From Ancylonema sp. (lineage: Eukaryota): a stretch of 64,000 bases of DNA. The stretch spans positions 1 through 64,000 of the forward strand of contig JBFLGF010000067.1 in assembly GCA_050230475.1 (NCBI GenBank). The letters are read 5' to 3'. The notes below the pieces were generated by a model, which was not told the DNA's origin, did no database searches, and saw only the letters and a program-made list of their open reading frames with translations. Shown one piece after another: positions 1-13,309 of the stretch (its first letter is position 1; each line of letters starts with the position of its first letter). Made by a program: the position numbers and the translations under genes.

Positions 1-288
1 CCGCATATTCGTAACGCGTCTCTCCATCTCCATCTACGCGAAACCAAATTTGAGCGAGGGCGAGGCATTGCGGGCCGATCTAAGCTTCGCCACCGCCAGT
101 GCCATGTTTTTTCATAGCGTCATTAACAAGGGGCGTCGGACATGATTATAGAATCAGCCGGAGGTGGCAGCCAAGGAACCACAGTAAGCGGGTCAGGACA
201 GATCAGGGCAGAGGGGATCATTGCGGGAAGTGACGGCTGACTCCACACGATTCTTGAACCAACATGATTGGATTTAAGAAAGAGGCAT

Positions 289-537
289 GTCGTCTTCGGC
301 GTCGTCTTGGGGAATTTTGAGTGGCGGAAGTCGCTCCCCAAGACGACAATTTCGGCGCTACGTCTTCGATGTCGTCTTCGGTATGGCATAAGCAATGCTT
401 TTTCAATATTTTTCGAAGTGAAACCGGGCGCAATGTCTTCGGTGTCGTCTTCGGTATGGCATAAGCAATGCTCTTAGAGCATTGCTTAGGCCATAACGAA
501 GACGTCACGAATTCTGCAGAAGACGACAGGTTAACCT
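289..537. repeat. Cluster of GTCGTCTTCG motifs with a two-copy direct repeat; continues at 5824-5965 beyond element 1
   Basis: GTCGTCTTCGGTATGGCATAAGCAATGC occurs at ~371 and ~444. The reverse motif GAAGACGAC occurs at ~519 and ~5924. Confidence 0.6.
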
Positions 538-3500
538 TGTTTAATGCTCATTTTGCGGAATGAGCAGAAGGCTATTCGATGTGTCAATTACAGCAAAGAC
601 ATAGACACAAGAATTGTTCACGGAGAATAATTGATTATCATATGCAAGTTTACAGGGAGTAAGTAAACTGCTAAACTAGTTTGAATCAGGTAGCGGGAAT
701 GGATCTAAGTTGTCGATGGTAAAGAATTAGTACTCAGCTAGCGAAGCTACGTGTCGATAAAGTGTTCGTATACTAAGCTTAGAAGATCACTAGGCTGTCG
801 ACCAGTAGGGAGACAGTACTAGGCAATTGTAGCTCAAGTTCGGCATATTGATGTATTCTCTATCTTATGTCTATCTAAGGTCCCGGTGACTGAACTGGAT
901 AGATACGTGTCACATCTAGCATTACACACTCAACACACCCCCTTAATGATAGATTTGACAGATTATCGAACTCGGACAAAAATAACCAAAACAAAACTAA
1001 CACGTCACCACAAAGAAAACCGAAATAGCCAATCAACTGAAAATATCCAACATGTCACATCATCGAAAAATAAAAACGGTTTCCGAACACTGAACATTCG
1101 CAGTTACATCGATGCCAACCCAATCAGCTTCTTGTTGTACCTCACCACCCCGACTGCGGCATGCTTAGTGAGCATATCAGCTCCCATCGGCCCAGATGTA
1201 ATCTTCTCGAAAATCACCTCCTTTTCCACGTTCATCCTGTCTCTTATGAAATGGTATCGTGCCAGGATTTGTTTGGTCCTGGCATGGTAGACAGAGTTGT
1301 GGAGAATGTCCAGTGCAGGCTTGCTGTCGACACAGATGTTAACTGGGGTAGTGGCCAGCTTTCCCACCATTTGCTCCTGAAGTTGTCGAAGGAAACTGGC
1401 CTCTGTGGTAGCAGCCGAGAATTTCGCTTTCGCAGGAGCTGAGACTGGCTTTGGGGATCAGCTTGGATTGCCAGCTTGCCAGCTGATGGCTCCACCTGCG
1501 GAGAGACAGACGTAGGCTCCGCGGCAGCGACCAATGTCAGGATAGGTGAGAAAACTTGCATCACAGTAGCCCCACAGCTGAGTCGATTCGCCCCTCTTGT
1601 AAACCAGCCCCTCCCCACTTGGCCCTGCAGGTAACGAAGGACATGTTGAACTCCCTCCCAGTGAGCTTTCCCAGGGTTCGCGTTGAAGCGGCTGAAACTG
1701 TTGACAGCGGCTGCGATGTCTGGGCGGGTGCACACAGCCAGGTACATGAGGGAGCCGATTGCACTGCGATAGGGGATGAGGGCCACCTGTCGACCTTCCT
1801 CCTGTGACTGAGGGGAATCTGCCCCACCGAGCTTGCTGCCTGGGGGAAGGGGAGTGCTAGCAGCTCGGGAGTTGTCGACAGGGAAAGGAGCACCTCTCCA
1901 AGGAAGGTACTTCTCCTGCCGCAGCTGCAGGTCCCCTCCCGGTAAGCTCCCCAACAGGAAAGTGGCAGCTCGCCACAGGTCAGCCAGGTCCTTCATCTTG
2001 AACCGGCTGTGGAGAAAGACTTTGACACCACCAATTTTGAAGATGGAGCGGCCGATGATAAACATGTCGTCGACAAATAAGCCGCGGAGAATGCGATCTG
2101 CTCCTGTGTAGATAGCATAGACGCAGAAGTCAGCTGTCAGCCTCTTCAGCCCAAAGTCGGAGAGGGCCTTGTCGACATAGCGATTCCACATGCGTGGCGA
2201 CTGCTTTAGGCCGTAGAGAGCTTTCCAGAGGCGAAGTACTTTCCCTGACATGTCCTCCTCGAGGTCGGCGTAGAGAAACGCCGTGGTGACGTCCATCTGC
2301 TCGAGCTGCATCCCCTCGGAGGCGGCTGCGGGGCGGCTGCGGCGATCATCACTCGGATGGACTCGAAGCGGACAGTGGGAGAGGAAGTTTCCGTGTAGTC
2401 GACTCCCTCTTGTTGCAAGAAGCCTCGGGCCACGATCCTCGCCTTGTGTTTCTCCACATCTCCCGACAGGCCTGAAGATCCATTTACTGATGATGACCGG
2501 CTTGTCTGCAGGCCTGTCGACGATGGTGAAGACCTTGTTTTCCTCCAGGGAGGAATTCTCGCCACAGGTAAGCATCGAGCAGTTTCATGGCCTTCTTGTA
2601 GGTCTTCGGGTCATCATCGTTTATCTCCATGGCCACCATGAGCATGTCCTGCATGCGAATCGGAGGGACGCCTCGGTTTTCCCTGGTACTGCGTCTGCGT
2701 AGCACTTCGGGGACTGCAGGTACAGCATGCTCGTCCTCATCTTCCTCCTCCATGTCGCCAAGGTCTGCAGCAGCTGGTGCATCGGCTGCTGCTGGTCCAG
2801 GGGCTGCAGCTGGCTGGGCTGGAGGAGCGGATTCTGCCTCGCTTGCGTTGTCCTGCTCAGAGTTTGCATCGATGACCTCAGAGATGGTGACGGAGGAGGC
2901 TGCAAGAGGGGGAACATTTGTAGGAAAAGACAAAAACTCCTCCTCCTCTGGATCGGACACCCTCCACCAGCCTGGGTCCACCTCTTCATAAAACTGGGGA
3001 GCGGCAACATCGTAGACCTTGTTTTTCTCGTAGTCATAGACGCGGTAGGCCGGGCTGCTGCTGCTGTAGTTCACCAAGATCCCTCTGAATCCTCGAGCTC
3101 CAAACTTGCCTGCCCTTGCAGAATTGGGGATGGGGCAGAACGCTTTGCCGAGGACGCGCAGCTTGGACAGATCCGGTTTGCTTCCGGTCCAGAGCTCGAA
3201 GGGTGTGCATGAGAGGTTGGTGACCGGGGTCATATTGCGTATCATGTTCGTTGCTTGAAGACTCATCTCTGGCCATAAGAAATTTGGAAGGGCAGCTGCG
3301 ATCATGATTGTCCTTGTCTTGTCTTGAACTGCTCGGTTGAACCTCTCGGCGATGGCATTTGATGCAGGTGAGCGAGGTGGAGTTGTCTGCAGCGATACAC
3401 CGAGGACAGCCATCTTGTGCTTGAAGTCGGATGAGGTGAACTCGCCTCCATTGTCGGAGCGAAGGTTGAGCAGCTTCTGCTTGCACTGGTTTTCAGCCAC

Positions 3501-5823
3501 GGACTTCCACTCGAAAATTTTCGTTGCTGCATCCGACTTCTTTTTGATGACATACACCCAGGAATGCCTTGTAAACACGTCCATCAAGCCGAGGAAGTAG
3601 GAAGCTCCTCCGAGGCTGTTGGGCTTGACAGGTCCAGCAAGGTCCATGACCACCAGCTGCAAAGGACGAGTGGTGCGATGATCGAATTGAACTGCTGGGT
3701 GAGGTGGACGAGTGAATTTCCCAAGCTGGCATGAGTCGCACGGACTGATTTTCCCTTTTACGATGCTGAGTCTTGTGGCCATGTCTTCGCGCGATGGAGC
3801 GCAGCTTCTCCACTGTGGCCAAGGCGTCGATGAAGCAGGTCCATGGACAGTGTGTTGACAAACACTTTTGCCTGACTTGTCGACAATTTACGGTAGAGCA
3901 GGGATCAAGGTAGTCATGGTGCAGTCGAGAGTTAGGCGGCCTTCCTTGGACTTAGAAAATAGGGCCACCTGTTCCATGGCTCCTGTAGGTAGTTGCTTCT
4001 AGACGACAACTTTCCCCGGGATCAAGTTGAAAGTGTAGGTGGAGCCAGTTGCAAGGACTTTTTGGAGAGACAGGATGTTGAACTGCATCGATTCAATAAG
4101 AAGAACATTTGAAAGCTTGAGTGTTCGCTTCCCTGTTGCCGAGTCCACTTGAAGCATAACCGTGCCATGGTGCGTGACATCGAGAGTCCCTTGCACTTGT
4201 TTGATTTTGAATGTTCCTGAGATAGGCTGCAACGTAGTAAAGAAATCTCGTCGATGGCAGATGCGGTGGCTGGCACCGGTGTCGCACAGCCAGGTAGTAG
4301 GAGATGTAGTCAAATGGCTTGCTGCAAGGACTGATGATGAAATTTCGATGAATTCACCAGTCATGGCTTCTCCTTGCTGCTGTGGTTGTCGTTGCTGCTG
4401 CGAGCGCTTCTCCTTGCTGCTTTGGTTGTCGTTGCTGCTGCGAGCCGTGATGAGAATCACAGCCCGAAAAATCCACTGATGCCGATCTGCCACCATGGAA
4501 GAAGGAAGCTTCTCCCTCTGAGTTGTCGCGCTTCTTTTTTCTGGCACATTTTCTCAAGGTGACATGTCTTGTGACAGAAGTTGCACTTGGTGCTTGCAAG
4601 TCGGCAGTCTCTGGCATAGTGGCCTCGATCTCCACAGCAGTAGCATGTGGTATGAGAAGCCGCCGGTCTGCTGCCCGATGGTTTTGCAGATTCTGCCTCC
4701 TTTCTTTGGGCCCATAATATTTCTGATTGGTGTGTTGCCTCGAGTTTGACAGCATCTGCAAAGGCTGCAGCTCCGTGTGCAGGAGAGTTGTGCTTCTCAT
4801 AGACTCGCAGCTGATCGATGTCTGGCTTGACCTGAGAGTATTGGTAGTTGCTCTTGAGCGCTGAATATCTATCGTTCGGCTCCGATAGCAAAGCTCGCTC
4901 GATCTGCGTAGACATAACGACATTTTGTTGAAGGGCTCGGTCGACGACAGCCTCAAACCTCGTGATGGTCTCCTCTGCAGATTCAGTTTCTTGATGCTGA
5001 AAAGACAAGAACGCCTTCTGAGCGGCCTCATGCTCCAGCTCTGATTTGCGAGCAAACTTCTACTGCAGCTTCCTCCATGTGGCCGCAGGGTCTACCAAGA
5101 TGTTGGTGACGGATAGAAGGATCGGATCTGAGATGGATTCTGCTAAGAAGCACACTGCCCTGTTTGCTGCACCTTGGAACTCAGCGATTTGCTTGTTTGC
5201 CTCCTTGACGAGGTCTTCATTTCCACCTGCTGACGATGTCGCGAGACGAAGTACTGGCGGTGGTGGAGGTCGAGTGCGTGAACCATCAACAATGTCCCCC
5301 ATACATTATTGACGATAAACACAGCCTTCATGCGGCAAGACCACCGTATAATTTTTGGCTTTAAGCGCGTAGGTCGTCGATTTGAATCGTGTCCCTTCAG
5401 GTGGGACAGCTCTGATACCATGTTCAATGCTCATTTTGCGGAATGAGCAGAGGGCTATTCGATGTGTCAATTACAGCAAAGACATAGACACGAGAAACGT
5501 TCACGGAGAATAATTGATTATCATGTGCAAGTTTACAGGGAGTAAGTAAACTGCTAAACTAGTTTGAATCAGGTAGCGGGAACGGATCTAAGTTGTCGAT
5601 GGTAAAGACTTAGTACTCAGCTAGCGAAGCTACGTGTCGATAAAGTGTTCGTATACTAAGCTTAGAAGATCACTAGGCTGTCGACCAGTAGGGAGACAGT
5701 ACTAGGCAATTGTAGCTCATCAAGTTCGGCATATTGATGTAATTTCTCTATCTAATGTATATCTAAGGTCGGTGACTGAACTCTGGACAAATGCGTGTCA
5801 CATCTGTCATTACACACTCAACA
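538..5823 (-). mobile_element. Full-length but frameshifted Ty1/Copia LTR retrotransposon (element 1)
   Basis: TG..CA LTRs at 538-935 and 5421-5823. TSD AACCT at 533-537 and 5824-5828. PBS TGGTATCAGAGC (minus strand, 5409-5420) and PPT next to 935. Minus-strand order gag (CX2CX4HX4C), protease (DTGAS), integrase, RT (KALYGLKQSPR, FVDD), RNase H, split over several frames. Confidence 0.97.
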
Positions 5824-6054
5824 AACCTGTCGTTTTCGTCAGAATTTCGAGGCGCAACTCCGCGGTATTATTGACCGATTTCGGAGTTTGTAAAATGAAG
5901 ACGGTCATTCCTTAAGCCAAAACGAAGACGACATCCAGAAGATGACGTTTGGTGACGTCCGGACTATTTTTTGCGCGCGAATGGAAAATGAAAACGTATA
6001 CGAATCCACTGACCGGAACTGTGTCAGCTACCGCCAGCTCGCTGACACACATTC

Positions 6055-9000
6055 TGTTGGATTCCGGTTAACCTTAGGGTGCCGGGTAACCGCGGGTTGC
6101 CGGAATATTTGTAATCTGAATCAGTATAGCATCAGCCGTTATTCAGTAGAGCGCGCGAGCGTGAGCGAGCGTCGTGTTTTATTTGATTTAGTTAATTCGG
6201 TTGATTAGGGCGCGCGTGGTTAAGTCGCGGGCGCACGTAATATTTGCATGATTTGGTTCAGTGTTATGCCGGGCTCCATTGGGCGTGCGCAAGTTTCATG
6301 TTGGGCGCATTTAGTTGCATGCGCGCGCGAGTTGAATTCGTTTCGCACGGACGCGTGGCAAATTAGTTAAAACAGAACACAGATTAGTTGATACGGCAGT
6401 TGTGCACGGAACTGTTGTTTCTCGTTCGTCGTAGGATTCAGGGAATTCGCATGGAATTCGCATGAGATTCAGAGTATTAGGAAAGACAAGACAATTGTGA
6501 TTTAATTAATTCGCGTAGTCGATATACCGTTACAATGGCATTTTCATTTGAGTACATGGGAATGATTGAGTACATGGGAATGAAGCATGGTGTATGGTCT
6601 ATGCTATGAGCTGTGTTTACTTCATATTAAGCACCAGAAACCCATTAGTGAGTGATCTAGCCTGATGGCAGACCCCAATGGTATTAGTGGTATCAGAGCC
6701 ACCGTTACGTCCCGTGGCTATTTTGAAAAAGGATAACTACCGTTCATGGGCAGTAAAATTGAAAGTACAGCTAAAGGTCATGGACTGCTGGCTTTTAGTT
6801 TCTGGGACAGAGTTACAGCCTCCCCTAACTACGCCAGCCGGTGCAGATGCTCCAGCGGTCGCAGCGGCCGTGGCCCTTCGCAATTCTAGGGATAAGAGGA
6901 GGGATGGCGCATCTGCAGCATTAATCACCTCCATTTCTGACGAAGAGCTGCATGTTCTTCACGGCATGCAATCTGGATTAGACTTCGGGAGAAGTTTGAG
7001 TGCCGATCTGAAGCACAAGCTGAGGCTTGCTTTATGCTTTTCCTTGACTTCGCTCATGTTGAGTCGGAGACAGCGAACGAGATGATAGAAAGGTATGAGA
7101 CTGCCCTACAGAACTGCCTTGACCAGGGGGTCGCAGTGGACTTGGTTACTCGACAGCGGATGCTAATAGGGAGACCAGCGGAGCGATATAAGTTTCTTAA
7201 ACAGAACTATCTGCTCGCTACCGCCGCCAACAAACCGGACCTGGAGGCCCTGAAGGCACAGCTGCGAGACATTGATGGGGACTACCGCAAGTCACAAGGC
7301 GGAGCCAAGACCAAGACTGGCCAAGGACACCGTTCGGAGACCGAAGCCAACTGGGGTCAGACTTCAAACCCAGGTGGGCGACGAGATAAATATTCGGGAC
7401 GTGGGAGCGGCAGCAGTCAAGGCAGCCGAGGTGGGAGCAGCAGCAGTCAAGGCAATCGAGGTGGTCGTGGTAGTGAAGATCGCGGCAGCGGCAATGACCG
7501 CGACAAGAGAGAGAAGAGCAGCGGCGGCAACAGTGGGAACGTCACGTGCTATTGCTGCGGACACAAGGGTCAGAGAAAACCGGCCTGCCCGAAGAAGGGC
7601 GAGGAGTGCCGCAAGTGCGGTAAGGTGGGCCATCTTCAGTCGATGTGCAAGTCAAAGCCCGACGGAGGCTCTACTGGTGGATCTCGTGTTCCAGAGGCGG
7701 GCCAGTTCGACACTTACGATGGCTTCGCATGTACCGTCACTATCGGGAGTGCGGAGGCCTTCATCGGGGAACCTGGGGATGACTCCAAGCCTGTCGACAT
7801 CTGGCTCGGGGACAGCGGGGCTTCCCACCACATAAAGTCCTCCTCTTCCGGGATGATCAACGTTACAAAGTGCCCTCCCGGCACCACCATTAGACAGGTG
7901 CAAGGCACCGATGTCATGGAGTGGGGCAGCGTGGCGGCAAGAAGACCATACGACTCGACGAGACCCTGATGACCTGGTGGTGGTGGATTTGGCGAGGCCG
8001 AATAGACCGCAGACGCTTGGAGGAAAGGTGTACGATATGGTGATTGTCGACACTTACTCTCAGCGCGCCTTTGTCAAACTGCTAGCGAAGAAGAGCGATG
8101 TAGCAGGAGTCCTCATGCGATGGATTCGTCAGGTGGAGCTGCAGACAGGGAAGAAGCTCAAGCGCTTGCGTTCCGACAACGATGGCAAGTTTCTATCCGG
8201 GGAGTTCAAGGACTGGCTGAGCCTCAAGGGTGTCACTCAGCAAACTACCCCCAGCTATTCGCCACAAAGCAATGGCACTGCCGAGAGGATGAATCGAACC
8301 CTTCAGGACAAGGCGAGGACCATGCTTATGGATCTGCCAGGATCCCTGTGGGGGGAGGTCCTTCTATCCGCTTGCCTGCTGAGAAATCTTACCCCGACAT
8401 CTACTCTGTCAGTTACCCCTCTCTAGATGTGGACAAGGAACAAGCCATCGGTGGAGCACCTTCGAGTCATTGGCTGCAAGGCATACTGTCAACTCGGCAA
8501 GGTGGAGCAGAAGGGGAAATACGGAGCGAAGGCCTGGATGGGACCCCTGGTGGGGTACTCTGTCGACATGCCAGGCTACAAGGTATGGGACCCGACCTCG
8601 CACAAGGTGTGGGATGTGCGAGGACCGGACTTCGACGAACTGGTGGCTGGTGGGTGGTGGAAACAACCAGCTGCAGTTGTGAAGGCCAAGTGGGAGGATG
8701 ACGTACCTCTCAGTCTGATGGAGGGGCTGGACCTCGAGGAGGACCCGCTTGGTGGAGGAGACCCCCAGCCGCCTGTCGATGCGATTACAGGTGGTGGGGG
8801 AAATGATGCAGGTGATGATGGTGGCTGTCTAGGTGGAGGTGGACCACTGTCAGATGTCGACGAGGACGACCCTCTACAGTTAGAGGGTGTGCAGCAGCCG
8901 AGGATGAGTGGGAGAGAGCGCCGTGGTGTACCCCCGCTTCGCCTCATCGAGATAATGGCAGCTGCAGCGGATGCTGACAATGGTGGAGCACCAGACAGCT

Positions 9001-11190
9001 ATGAGGAGGCTCTGAATGGGCCAGAGGGGACTGGGTGGAAGAAAGCTTTCGCTGCTGAAGTGAAGTCACTCGACAACAATAAAGTGTATACTGCTGTCGA
9101 CAGGCCTTTGGGGACGAAGGTCGTGAAAGCTAAGTGGGTGCTTCGGAGGAAGCTTCTACCGAGTGGGGAGCTCGACAAGCTCAAAGCCAGGATCGGGGCG
9201 AAGGGCTTCACTCAGCGCGAGGGAATCGACTAGGAGGAGACCTTCTCTCCGCTAGTTCGTTTCGAGTCTGTGAGACTCATGGTGGCTGCAACTGCAGCAG
9301 ATGGGTTGCATACCCATCCAATGGATGTAACGATAGCATTCCTGTACGCTTCTCTCGAAGAGGAGGTCTGCATGGAGTTAATGGAGGGAATGGAGGGGTA
9401 CGGGACCCCCGGGAAGGTGGCGAGGCTGTGGAGGGCGATCTACGGGCTCAAGCAAGCAAGCCGCATGTGGAACCACCACATCGACGGGATCCTCAAGGGC
9501 ATGGGGTTCAACAGGCTGTCGGGTGACCACGGTGTCTACTTCAAATGGGATGGGGAGAACCGGGTCTGGCTTGCTCTGTACGTGGACGACATCTTCTTAA
9601 CCGGGAAGAATCTGGCGAACATCGAGGAGTCGAAGAAAACGCTTGGTGTGGACATGAAGGTGAAGGATATGGGGGTAGCTCAGTATTTGCTTGGTATTGA
9701 GTTGAGGCGTAGGCAGCTAGGGATGGCGGACGGAGATATCCTGTTGGTACAGGAGAAGTATGTCATGGACATTCTCAGGAAATTCAATATGCTGGACTGC
9801 AAGGCAATCAACACTCCCCTCGAGCCAGGAGTCAAGCTGTCGATAGTCGACAGTCCAGTGGATGATGTGGGGAAGGCTCATATGGAGGTCTACCCCTACC
9901 GGCAGGTGGTGGGAAATGTACCTCGCCATATGTACTCGCCCGGACATCAGCCAGGCTGTGAGTGAGCTCAGCCGTTTCAACAGCAACCCCGGGATGAAGC
10001 ATTGGGAGAGTGCAATAAGGGTGCTGCGATATTTGAAGGGAACCGCAGATGTGGGACTGCTGTATAAAAGGGGGGAGTCGAAAGACATCTGGGGGTATGT
10101 CGACGCTTCACACACGAGCTGCCCCGACACCGTAAAGGGTCGTGCAGCATATGTCTTTATGTCAGGTGGGGCACCTGTCTCATGGGCTAGCAAGAGAGTG
10201 GGGAGCGATTCACTCAGCTCGTGTGAGACTGAGTACATGGGACTGACTTTGGCAGCTCAGGAGGCGAGCTACCTCGGCGATCTCATGGGGGAGATGTATG
10301 GGGTGAAGGGGGAGACTAATGTGAAGTGCATTGAGCTGCTGATCGACAGTCAGTCAGCCAAGTCTCTGGCAAAGAATCCTGTCTACCATGGTCGCTCAAA
10401 GCATATCAGGGCCAAATGGCACTTTATTCGTAAGCGGGTGGAGAAGGGGATGGTGAAACTGATCGATGTCAAGACGGAATTCATGGGGGCAAATATGATG
10501 ACCAAGTTGGTGGGACCGGGAGTACTTGGAGTTAATATGAAGTTGATTGGCATGTTCAAAAGTGGCTAAGTATTTATTCAAGTTCAGGCTGTGCATATCA
10601 GATTAAGAGGGTGTGTTGGATTCCGGTTCCCCTTGGGGTGTACGGAATATTTGTAATCTGAATAAGGTTAGCTTGTGTCGTTGAGTGTGAGGCACACGCG
10701 AGCGTGAGCGAGCGTCGTGAGATTGAATTAGATCGTTCGGTTTTATTGGGAGCGCGTGGTTAACTCACTTGCGTACTTCATACTTGCATGATCGTGTTTT
10801 GATTCTTGCTGGGCACGCATAATATAGTATGGGCGTGCTCAGTTTCATGTCGGTCGCATTCAGTTTTAACATGTTCGTGAATTTCTGTCCTTTCCGTACG
10901 AGCGCGTGGCAAATTGGTTGGAATAGTAGTTTGAGGCGGCGTTTCGTTCACAAGACTTTTATTTTCGTTTGTACTAGATTCAGAGTATATAGGAAAGACA
11001 ATGGAGACTGATTGCAATTCGCATAGCCAATATATGTTCCATACCATGATATTGTATGACATGGGTCATTTGAGTACATGGGAATGAAGCATGGTGTATT
11101 GTCTATGCTATGAGCTGTGTTTAATTCATATTAAGCACCTGAAACCCATTAGTGAGTGATCTAGCCTGATGGCAGACCCCAATGGTATCA
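6055..11190 (+). mobile_element. Ty1/Copia LTR retrotransposon with internal deletion (element 2)
   Basis: LTRs 6055-6686 and 10614-11190. TSD CATTC at 6050-6054 and 11191-11195. PBS at 6688, PPT TAAGAGGGTG before 10614. Gag zinc knuckles, DSGAS protease, integrase, RT (YVDD) and RNase H. Premature stops at 8424 and 9231. The pre-integrase segment is missing at ~7970. Confidence 0.96.
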
Positions 11191-11237
11191 CATTCCTCCA
11201 CTGACCGCCATGAAGGCTGCCACTTGCGCAAACCCAT

Positions 11238-11541
11238 ATGCAATTTTATAGTGAAATATTTCGTGAAGAATTCCAATGGGTCACGTTCGCGTTCGATGCG
11301 GATGTGGCTGACGATCCAAAACCTTGCAGATCTCTCGTCTTGGAACGTCAGAGGTGTCTCGCTAAACAAGCTTCCATAGCTCAAGCACGGTTAACAGGTG
11401 GTCGCAAGAGGAGGCAAGTAAACGAACACGCCATAAAACATGCTGCTATCACGAAAGAGTATTTTGGAACTCCTGCTGTGTATGATGGAGCTGGGATCCT
11501 TCTTGAGAGCCGTACATCGCCTACCGTTAGTAAACCAGAAT
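11238..11541 (+). pseudogene. Possible N-terminus of a PIF/Harbinger-type transposase, cut by the next LTR
   Basis: GGRKRR...KHAAITKEYFG..AVY loosely resembles the 'G.R..RDR..H..L..DYF...PVY' start of plant Harbinger-derived transposases. Weak, by eye only. Confidence 0.3.
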
Positions 11542-12615
11542 TGTGAGGCATTCTGCAACATATTTGTATATTATTAAAGACAATACTTTAATTGGCCAAA
11601 GTTGCCATTAAGGTTACCGAACAATGACATGGTTTGTTTTTGGTTTGTTTTTGGTGTCTATGACATGAGGTGCTTATATCGGAGAAGTATGAACTTGCGA
11701 CGCGTGTACATTAGTTTGTAATGGTTCGATTAGTTTGTATCGGTGAATTTGTGTCAGTGACAACGTGGCGACGGCGTAGCCCAACTTGGCGCGCGCGTGA
11801 ATATTTACGAAGATTGTGTGTGACCGGGTTTAGATTGATCGTTCGATGTATCTAGGGTCGTAAGTCGTTTAGGCGATCTTTGGACTTGATTACGTCTTGA
11901 ATACGAGTTCAAGGTCAGACTTTTGGCAAGCGGACCTAGATTTACTTACCGAACCAATATAGGTACAATTCTTCTCCGGTGTTGTTTTTACTACTTCTTG
12001 AAAGAAGCTTTGTCAAATGGGTTTTCGCAAAGTGTTTATGAGAATGCGAATGTGTTAAGCATGTTTTATGCTGTAATATGTGTTGAGTATTGAGTTGTGT
12101 TATACGTCAGCATGGCGTCTCACAGTGGTATCAGAGCCTCCGGATCCGGAACCGGAGAGTACGTAAAAAAGATAGTGTTAAAAGATGCCGCCAGCTACGG
12201 ACCGTGGAGAGCTAAACTTATGTCGATCCTTGATGCAGAGGACTGTTGGGATATTTTCAACGGTATAGAGTCGGAGCCAAACGAGATTGCAACAGTAGAG
12301 GATGACAGTGATGACGATATCCCGGACAATAGTTCTGAAGTCATTGCTCGTCGTCTCGAAATTAAAGACCGGAGAAAACGCTCAAAGAAGGCCGCGTCAT
12401 TGATAACTTAGACTATAGACGATAGCATAGTCATGAGTCTAGATGTACACAATAGGAACCCAGTTCTTATGTGGGCTCAGTTGGCAGCAGACTATAACAC
12501 CGTTACCCCGGCTCAACGATCAACCGCGCGAAGAGAATTCCTGAACTTCAGTATTTCCGAAGATGAGACCTTTCTTGTGATCAAACAAAAATTCAATGAA
12601 CTCCTTCGGAAAATT
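11542..12615 (+). mobile_element. Copia 5' LTR, PBS and gag start; truncated at gap
   Basis: LTR TGTGAGG..CACA 11542-12124, PBS at 12126. Gag MASHSGIRASGSG is homologous to the gag at 39.2-39.9 kb. N at 12616. Confidence 0.92.
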
Positions 12616-13309
12616 NATGTTGGAGGATAACTGACCTCATGGTAACGCTCCGTTTGGTCTGCTACCATATTGTCTGCGTGGATGACCATCACCGGAAGTG
12701 GGCGGTGTATTGCCCCTTCCTTCATCACCTGAAAAAGATTTTTTTGCAAGGCAATTGCCTGGTTCCGAATAATGTCGATGTCCCGGCAGAGAATATTGAC
12801 CTAATGGAAGGAGGTCACATGAGGTGGTAGACTGTCGATGTTTGCCTTTGAAGCTCTTGGACTTGTAGATGGTCTGGGTGCGCACGTCGGACTCGGAGGT
12901 GGTGGAGGAAGAATTTATTTTGGAGGCTCATACAGGTTGGTAGCTCCTGCCGTTGGCCGCCCAATATTCTGGATTGGGAAAGTACGAGGCAATAATGGTT
13001 CGTCAGGATCCATTTGCATTTCTTATTCAACCAGAGGTTTTCGGCCACACGATGTAGGTGGCCGAGGAGGCGAAAGTTGAGGTGGTGGTGACGGTCCGAG
13101 ACGCCGAGGACGGGAAGTTTCTGCCTTCTTCATTATTGGTCGGGGATTCTGAAAATGAACTGTAGGCCTCAATCCGCGGCGATCTTCGTAGACTCGTGGT
13201 CGCACGAGTCACCGCTGGGACCGATGGCTCTGTAAAATAACATTGTTTGCAACGGGCGTTATATCTCACGTATCTTTTTTCAGCAGTTGGTGGGAAACAT
13301 CCCTCACCT

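Noticed and set aside
289..530. CRISPR-like repeat array
   Set aside because: Only two long copies, irregular spacing, eukaryotic context and no cas genes.
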